Shown: in pieces, positions 58,353-64,000 of the stretch
How positions within the stretch are numbered: the first letter of the stretch is position 1
Layout of the letters: each line of letters opens with the position of its first letter
Source of the DNA: Candidatus Latescibacterota bacterium
Lineage (GTDB): Bacteria; Latescibacterota; UBA2968; UBA8231
Reading direction: 5' to 3'
DNA: 64,000 bases
NCBI GenBank assembly: GCA_965203175.1
Contig: OZ241867.1
Span: 4,320,001-4,384,000, forward strand
Notes under the pieces: generated by a model
What the model was told of the DNA's origin: nothing
Database searches by the model: none
Seen by the model: the letters and a program-made list of their open reading frames with translations, nothing else
Position numbers and translations under genes: made by a program

Positions 58353-58779
58353 GGCACGGGGCAAATTCCACGCCGCCCATCGACAGCTAGACTACAACGG
58401 CAAATGCGCTTACGTCCATGGACATACTTGGCGCGGCGTGTTTGTCGTTCGCACGGAACGCTTTCCGCGGCTCGAAAAATTGGATATGTCCGTTGACTTC
58501 GGCGCTCTCAAGGGCATATTCAAATTCTTGGATCACAAGATGTTGGTTTCCTCGCGGGATACGACTTTTCTCAATGCTAAGCTCTTCGACCCACAGGGAG
58601 TCGTGGTCATGCCAGGCGAAAATCCGAGTGTAGAAAACGTGGCTGAGTACTGCCTTGACCAAGCAGTCGGGGTATTGCAAGGGCTGTTCCCACAGCGCGG
58701 CTATCAGTACCACATCGAAGTTTCCATCCAGGAAACCGACAACAATTTCTTTGTCGCCGACCGCCATCTGCGTTGCTGA
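58339..58779 (+). CDS. queD: 6-carboxytetrahydropterin / 6-pyruvoyltetrahydropterin synthase
   Basis: F.AAH...Y.GKC...HGH, VDFG.LK, LDH, PS.EN.A, ET. Confidence 0.85.
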   Translation: METIKARGKFHAAHRQLDYNGKCAYVHGHTWRGVFVVRTERFPRLEKLDMSVDFGALKGIFKFLDHKMLVSSRDTTFLNAKLFDPQGVVVMPGENPSVENVAEYCLDQAVGVLQGLFPQRGYQYHIEVSIQETDNNFFVADRHLRC

Positions 58780-58797
58780 GCATTTGGGTGCAGAGCT

Positions 58798-59055
58798 ATG
58801 GTGCCGGAAAAAATGATGATCGCCGGAGAGGTCGCTGCCTATCTCCGCTGTTCGCCCTCCACGGTGCGTCGCATGGTCCGTCGAGGCCAGATTCCCCATT
58901 ATAGATTTGGCAAGTTAGTGAGGTTTCGCCTGAGCGAAATCGAGCGCTGGTTGACCCTGCAGCAGGAGGGAGCGGCACTCTTGCGGGGGAGGGCGATGCC
59001 GCCCAATTCAGATCAACTCTCCCTCTTCCCGACGGGAGGGGAAAATGGCGAATGA
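58798..59055 (+). CDS. Excisionase-family (HTH_17) DNA-binding protein
   Basis: EVAAYLRCS.STVRRMV..G.IP.YR.G..VRF...EI..WL. Confidence 0.82.
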   Translation: MVPEKMMIAGEVAAYLRCSPSTVRRMVRRGQIPHYRFGKLVRFRLSEIERWLTLQQEGAALLRGRAMPPNSDQLSLFPTGGENGE

Positions 59056-61324
59056 AAAAGCGAAAAATGTGGTGGTGCTAGGCGCTGGGGTCATGGGAGG
59101 GCAAATCGCGGCCCTGCTCGCCTGCGCGGGCCATAAGGTGCGCCTTCTCGACTTGCCATTGGCAGGTAATGAGACGGGTCATGCGCGTCAAGGACTGGAG
59201 AGAGCTCTCGCAAGCCGACCGCCTGCTTTCTATCTAGCGGAGATGGCCCAACGCATCGGGCTAGGGAGCCTGGAGGATTTAGCCTGCGTTGGAGAGGCCG
59301 ATTGGGTCATCGAAGCTGTAGTAGAAGAACTCGTGCCCAAGCAGGCGTTGCTGGCCCGACTGGAGCCGTACCTGCACGACGGATTGGTCATAAGCAGCAA
59401 TACCTCGGGGCTATCTATCGCCGAGCTAACTCGCGGTCGGTCGCCTGAGTTTTGCCGCTGCTTTCTCGGGGTGCATTTCTTCAATCCGCCGCGTTACATG
59501 AAGCTGGTCGAAGTTATATCTGGGCCTGATACCGAATCGATCATCGTCCAGCAAATGGTTGATTTTCTCTCCGGGGAGTTGGGCAAGGGCGTGGTCCGCG
59601 GCCAAGATACGCCTAATTTCATTGGCAATCGCCTGTGGATTTTCGCCTTCTGCGACATGCTTCAGAGGATGGAGCGGGACGGGCTAGGCGTGGCTGAAGT
59701 TGACGCGCTGACCGGCCCTCTGATGGGGCGACCGCAAAGCGCAACCTTGCGCGTTTGCGACATCGTGGGTTTGGACACAGTCGCGCACGTGGCCGAGACC
59801 AGTTACGAGGGATTGCCGGAGGACCCGTGGCGGTCGCTTTTTGCTCTGCCGGCATTTTATCGACGAATGTTGGAGGAGAATTTGCTTGGGGCTAAGGTCA
59901 ATGCCGGGTTCTACCGCAAGGCCGAGGCAGGTATCGAGGCCCTCGACTTAGATACCTTCGCCTATCGACCCGTGCAGAAGGTAGAGTTGGGGACCTTGGA
60001 ATCGGCGTTGAGGGAGCGTTCTCCAGCACGCCGCCTCCGCGCCTTATGGGACGATCCGGGCCCGTGGGGCCAGTTCGGGAGGGCGCATCTCACGGCTGTG
60101 CTAGCCTATGCCGCCGAGCACGCTGCCGACATAGCCGGCGATATCGTCCAAATCGATCAGGCCATGCGCTGGGGATTTAACTGGGCGCTAGGGCCTTTTG
60201 AATTGTGGGATCTCTTCGGTGTCGAGGAGGTAGTCGACTCTCTGACAGCCAACCAACAGCGGGTACCCGACCTCGCCGCTCAATTGCTCGCCGCAGGTGA
60301 AACGCACTTTTACCGCGAGCAGGGCGCGTTCTCACCGACTCGGTTGCGGCGCGAAAGCTGGCAACCACCAGCAGACGATTGGGATAAGCTAGCTGCCGAC
60401 CGAGCCATCTGGTCCAATGACGGAGCGTACTTGGTCGAGCTGGATGAGGGACTGGGGGCGCTGGTTTTCAACGGCAAGATGAATGCCCTGGGGCCAGCGG
60501 CGCTGGAAGCCGTCCACTGCGCGGTGGATACGGTTCCCTTTACTGGCTTGGTGCTTGCCGGCGCTGGCTCCTTGTTCTCGGTGGGTGCTGATTTGAAGCA
60601 CGTGGCCAAGCTCGTCGATGAGAGTGACTGGTCGGAGCTAGAAGCATTTGTCGCTGCCTTCCAAGAGGCCGTGCAAGCACTCCGCTACGCGCCTTTTCCA
60701 GTCGTCGCGGCCCTCCGCGGCTTGGTGCTGGGGGGCGGGTGCGAGTTCGCCTTGGGCACCGATGGGCGCGTGGCGACGGCTGAATTAGGCATGGGTTTGG
60801 TGGAGACCAAGGTCGGCTTAATTCCCGGCAGTGGCGGCTGTATGGAGATGGCGCGAAAGGGAGCAAGCGATATCGGATCTGCGTTTGAGACGATTTTTAC
60901 CGGAAATTTCAGCGACAATGCTTTCCAGGCTCGAGCATGGGGCCTCCTCGGTGATGACGACGAGATTGTCTTTGCCGAGGGCCAACTCTTAAAGCGGGCC
61001 TTAGCTAAATTGCGCAGCCTGCTGGCCACAGGCTATTTCGCTAGTGCAGCGGACGGGGTAGAGGTCACTGGAGACGAAGGGCTAGCGCTTTTGCACGAGC
61101 GCATAGATGCAAGCCGGGCTGCTGGGCAGCTTAGCGAGCACGACGTGGTAGTAGGACGCGGTCTGGCGCGGGTACTTACAGGAGATGGTGGAGCGCGCCG
61201 GGAAGTAGAGGAGTGCGACTTACTCAATTTGGAACGCGAGGTCTTTCTGCAACTGTGCGGCACCGAGCGCACGCGAGAGCGCATCGCGCACATGCTGCAC
61301 ACGGGTAAACCACTGAAGAATTAA
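59045..61324 (+). CDS. 3-hydroxyacyl-CoA dehydrogenase / enoyl-CoA hydratase fusion (FadN-like)
   Basis: GAGVMG, IEAVVE, SNTSG, HFFNPPRYMKLVE, DTPNFI.NR, then crotonase FSVGADL, LGGGCE, GLIPG; ends TGKPLKN. Confidence 0.92.
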   Translation: MANEKAKNVVVLGAGVMGGQIAALLACAGHKVRLLDLPLAGNETGHARQGLERALASRPPAFYLAEMAQRIGLGSLEDLACVGEADWVIEAVVEELVPKQALLARLEPYLHDGLVISSNTSGLSIAELTRGRSPEFCRCFLGVHFFNPPRYMKLVEVISGPDTESIIVQQMVDFLSGELGKGVVRGQDTPNFIGNRLWIFAFCDMLQRMERDGLGVAEVDALTGPLMGRPQSATLRVCDIVGLDTVAHVAETSYEGLPEDPWRSLFALPAFYRRMLEENLLGAKVNAGFYRKAEAGIEALDLDTFAYRPVQKVELGTLESALRERSPARRLRALWDDPGPWGQFGRAHLTAVLAYAAEHAADIAGDIVQIDQAMRWGFNWALGPFELWDLFGVEEVVDSLTANQQRVPDLAAQLLAAGETHFYREQGAFSPTRLRRESWQPPADDWDKLAADRAIWSNDGAYLVELDEGLGALVFNGKMNALGPAALEAVHCAVDTVPFTGLVLAGAGSLFSVGADLKHVAKLVDESDWSELEAFVAAFQEAVQALRYAPFPVVAALRGLVLGGGCEFALGTDGRVATAELGMGLVETKVGLIPGSGGCMEMARKGASDIGSAFETIFTGNFSDNAFQARAWGLLGDDDEIVFAEGQLLKRALAKLRSLLATGYFASAADGVEVTGDEGLALLHERIDASRAAGQLSEHDVVVGRGLARVLTGDGGARREVEECDLLNLEREVFLQLCGTERTRERIAHMLHTGKPLKN

Positions 61325-61340
61325 AAGGGAAGAGGACTTT

Positions 61341-62783
61341 ATGGGCTTGCGTAGTGCCGCCGAATTCAAAGAGGGCTTGCGCGACGGGCGCGAGGTGTAT
61401 CAGCGGGGAGAGCGGGTCGGGGACGTAACCGCGCATGACGACTTGGGAATTGGGGTGGATCACGTCGCCTTGGATTTTGAACTGGCCGAGGATCCAGCGC
61501 ACCGCGACCTAATGACTTGGTTGGATGAAGACCTGGGCGAACCCGTCAGTCGTTACTTTAAAACACCGACGGATGCCGAAGATTTGCTCAATCGACGCGA
61601 GATGATTGAGCGTTCGACGCGGCTGGGCAACAGCGTGGTATTGCTAATCAAGGAAATTGGTACCGACGCGCTCTTCGCCCTCGACTTGGTCTCCGATCAT
61701 TTGGATAAAAATGCCGGTGGACAATACAACTCGCGCGTGCAAGCCTTCCACCGCGCGTGCAAGCAGCGCGACCTGAGCCTGGCCGTGGCCCAAACCGATG
61801 TAAAAGGCGACCGCAGTCTTTTGCCGTCGCAGCAAGCACATCCCGACTACTATGTCCACATTGTCGAGGAGCGGAGCGATGGGATCGTGGTGCGCGGGGC
61901 CAAAGCCCATACGACATGCGCCCCGTATGTCGATGAACTCATCGTCTTGCCGACCCGTGCGCTCAAGGAGGAGGACGCGGCCTATGCTGTTGCCTTTGCC
62001 ACGCCGGTCAATACGCCGGGGATCAAGCTAATCGCTAGCCCCTTTGGCTCGCCGCCGGTGAGCCAGTTCCACCACCCGGTCAGTTCTGAGCATCGCATGA
62101 TCGACACGTTGACGATCTTCGACGATGTCTTTATTCCCAACGAGCGCGTCTTCCTCAAAGGGGAGTGGCAATACACCGGACCGCTGGCCAACGCCTTCGT
62201 CGAATTTCACCGCTTTACGGCTGCCTCCTACAAACCGCCGCTCTGCGACCTCTTTATCGGGGTGGCGGCGCTCCTAGCCCAGTACAACGGCATCGCCAAG
62301 GCCGGCCACGTGCGCGAGAAACTAACCAAGCTCATCACCTATGCCGAGACCGTTCGAGGGCTAACCTTGGCCGCGGCCCACGACTGCCGCATCGCCGCAA
62401 ACGGCACGGCCGTGCCCAATATTGTCTTTACCAACTTGGCCAAATTCCACTTTGCCAATAACTACCACCAAGCTGTGTCTTGGGTCCAGGACATTGCCGG
62501 AGGTCTAGTGGTCACTGGGCCGTCGGAAGAGGACGTAGCCAATCCCGAGACCAAAGGCTATATCGAACACTTCTTGGGTGGTGGAAGCGGCGTCGATGCC
62601 GAAGCGCGGCTAAGGGCGATCAATTTGGTGCGCGATCTGACGGCTTCGACCTTTGGTGGTTACAACGAGCTGTTGGCTATTCACGCCGAAGGCTCATTGG
62701 AAACCCAGAAAATCACCATTCTGCGCGATTACGATGTCGAGCGCTGTGTCCGGCTGGCCCAAGAAGCTATAGGCATAGATTGA
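61341..62783 (+). CDS. 4-hydroxybutyryl-CoA dehydratase / HpaB-family flavoprotein
   Basis: AQTD.KGDRS, VEER.DGIVVRGAKAH.T, FDDVFIP.ERVF, YNG.....HVREKL, DIAGG, HAEGS. Confidence 0.88.
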   Translation: MGLRSAAEFKEGLRDGREVYQRGERVGDVTAHDDLGIGVDHVALDFELAEDPAHRDLMTWLDEDLGEPVSRYFKTPTDAEDLLNRREMIERSTRLGNSVVLLIKEIGTDALFALDLVSDHLDKNAGGQYNSRVQAFHRACKQRDLSLAVAQTDVKGDRSLLPSQQAHPDYYVHIVEERSDGIVVRGAKAHTTCAPYVDELIVLPTRALKEEDAAYAVAFATPVNTPGIKLIASPFGSPPVSQFHHPVSSEHRMIDTLTIFDDVFIPNERVFLKGEWQYTGPLANAFVEFHRFTAASYKPPLCDLFIGVAALLAQYNGIAKAGHVREKLTKLITYAETVRGLTLAAAHDCRIAANGTAVPNIVFTNLAKFHFANNYHQAVSWVQDIAGGLVVTGPSEEDVANPETKGYIEHFLGGGSGVDAEARLRAINLVRDLTASTFGGYNELLAIHAEGSLETQKITILRDYDVERCVRLAQEAIGID

Positions 62784-63015
62784 GCCAAACACCAACAATT
62801 AAGGAACAAAAAAGAACGAAAAGAGTTGATTATATAACATTTAGACTCTATATTAAGCTGCATCCTCCTCTATGCGGTTTATTCAAAACCGTTTTATTTT
62901 CGGATGTATTTCCCCCACATCCGAAACTCCCTGCTCGTCCATATTAGGTACCATCATAGCTTAATGCAGCCAAGAGTCCCCATGCTGGCTCATTAGCAAC
63001 AGGAGGCGTCAAGTT

Positions 63016-63861
63016 ATGACTACCTTGCAGACCGATTCTATCGTCGATCAGTATTTCCACGAGATCGAGGATGCTGTCGGATTATCGTCCGAGGACGAAG
63101 TAGCCATCGCCCAGCAGATAAAAGAAGGCGATGAAGAGGCCTTATCCGATCTGGTCAAAGCCAACCTGCGCTTTGTCGTAAGCGTGGCGAAGCAATATCA
63201 GAATTTGGGCTTGCCGCTTTCGGATCTGATCAACGAGGGGAACTTGGGGCTTATCATCGCCGCCAAGCGCTTTGACGGCACTAAGGGCTTCAAATTCATC
63301 TCTTATGCCGTGTGGTGGATCCGCCAGTCGATCCTGCAGGCATTGGCCAATCAGTCGCGCATCGTGCGGTTGCCGCTGAATCGCATCGGCGAACTGACGC
63401 GCGTCAACAGAGCACTCAACAGACTCGAACAGGGACTGGGGCGTCCTCCAGAAGTAGAAGAAATAGCCGAAGAGCTAGAGGTTGAACCCGGTGATATGGA
63501 GCTCCTGTTGCGATTGGCTCAAAGACCCGTTTCGCTGGAGATGCCCTGCGACGAATCCGAGCCGGATCGCTGTTTCGGTGATTTGATTCCGGACTATAGT
63601 CAGCCGCCCAGTGACGAGGCTCTCTCTAGCGACGAGCTCAAAGAAGAAATCTTCAACGCCATGCACGCCCTGACCGAGGGCGAGGCGCGAGTCTTGAAAA
63701 TGTATTACGGATTGGATGGACACGAGCCGATGACCTTGGAGAAGATCGGGGCTTATGTCGGACGCACTCGGGAGCGGGTGCGGCAAATCAAGGAAAAGGC
63801 CCTGCAGAAGCTCCGCCATCCCGCTCGTTGCGATTCCCTCAAGGAGTACTACGCGGACTAA
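63016..63861 (+). CDS. RNA polymerase sigma factor, RpoD/SigA family (no region 1.1)
   Basis: LV.ANLRFVVSVAKQY, DLINEGNLGL, KFISYAVWWIRQ, TLE.IG...TRERVRQI. AGGAGG RBS. Confidence 0.93.
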   Translation: MTTLQTDSIVDQYFHEIEDAVGLSSEDEVAIAQQIKEGDEEALSDLVKANLRFVVSVAKQYQNLGLPLSDLINEGNLGLIIAAKRFDGTKGFKFISYAVWWIRQSILQALANQSRIVRLPLNRIGELTRVNRALNRLEQGLGRPPEVEEIAEELEVEPGDMELLLRLAQRPVSLEMPCDESEPDRCFGDLIPDYSQPPSDEALSSDELKEEIFNAMHALTEGEARVLKMYYGLDGHEPMTLEKIGAYVGRTRERVRQIKEKALQKLRHPARCDSLKEYYAD

Positions 63862-63962
63862 TTATCCGCTACTGCGGGGGTGAGAAAAGTGAGCGCGTAA
63901 GGCCGCTGGCGTCTTGGCCTCATTTGATTTTTGCCCGATTTTTCGTTAATATATCTGTTTAT

Positions 63963-64000
63963 TCCGCGGTAGCTCAGCTGGCAGAGCGGGTGGCTGTTAA
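63963..64000 (+). tRNA. tRNA-Asn(GTT), cut off by the window end
   Basis: TCCGCGGTAGCTCAGCTGGCAGAGCGGGTGGCTGTTAA: acceptor 5' strand, D arm and anticodon loop CT-GTT-AA. Confidence 0.85.

Noticed and set aside
53128-58779. folE + queD as a 7-deazaguanine DNA-modification (dpd) system
   Set aside because: No queC, queE, tgt or dpdA in the window; the two genes are separated by kamA-like, rny, dxr and a small membrane gene.
58798-59055. Excisionase-like gene as a prophage or ICE marker
   Set aside because: No integrase, att repeat or phage gene nearby; it is embedded in a housekeeping operon.

Overview
A GC-rich bacterial chromosomal window with about 50 CDSs, one complete tRNA (Thr-CGT) and one tRNA cut off by the window end (Asn-GTT). 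FlgD-Ig-tailed secreted proteins, a CRTAC1/FG-GAP lipoprotein, plant-type LRRs and a short RpoD-like sigma suggest an FCB-superphylum organism such as Ca. Latescibacterota, possibly host-associated (inference only). From about 17 kb onward it is mostly housekeeping and metabolic genes (miaB, mtaB, pcrA, mltG, ftsA, ssb, eno, nth, sod, folE, rny, dxr, queD). Three things stand out. (1) At 46.0-51.0 kb, a phage-shock-protein (Psp)-like locus appears rewired to two-component control: sigma-54 promoter with dyad enhancer, pspA, three membrane accessory genes, a soluble TPR histidine kinase, and a PspF-like activator that carries a receiver domain and lacks the Trp used for PspA inhibition. (2) At 10.6-17.1 kb, an accessory block holds a soluble beta-propeller/sigma-54 activator, three GGCGATATATCGCC-type sites and a -24/-12-like promoter, ahead of an LRR lipoprotein whose binding-face codons look combinatorially shuffled. 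(3) At 0-10.5 kb, two tandem dehydrogenase-like paralogues carry different inserts; one is a 37-aa segment that matches part of an unrelated neighbouring protein. No CRISPR array, integrase, transposase or reverse transcriptase was seen. All calls come from reading motifs by eye; no database searches were run.
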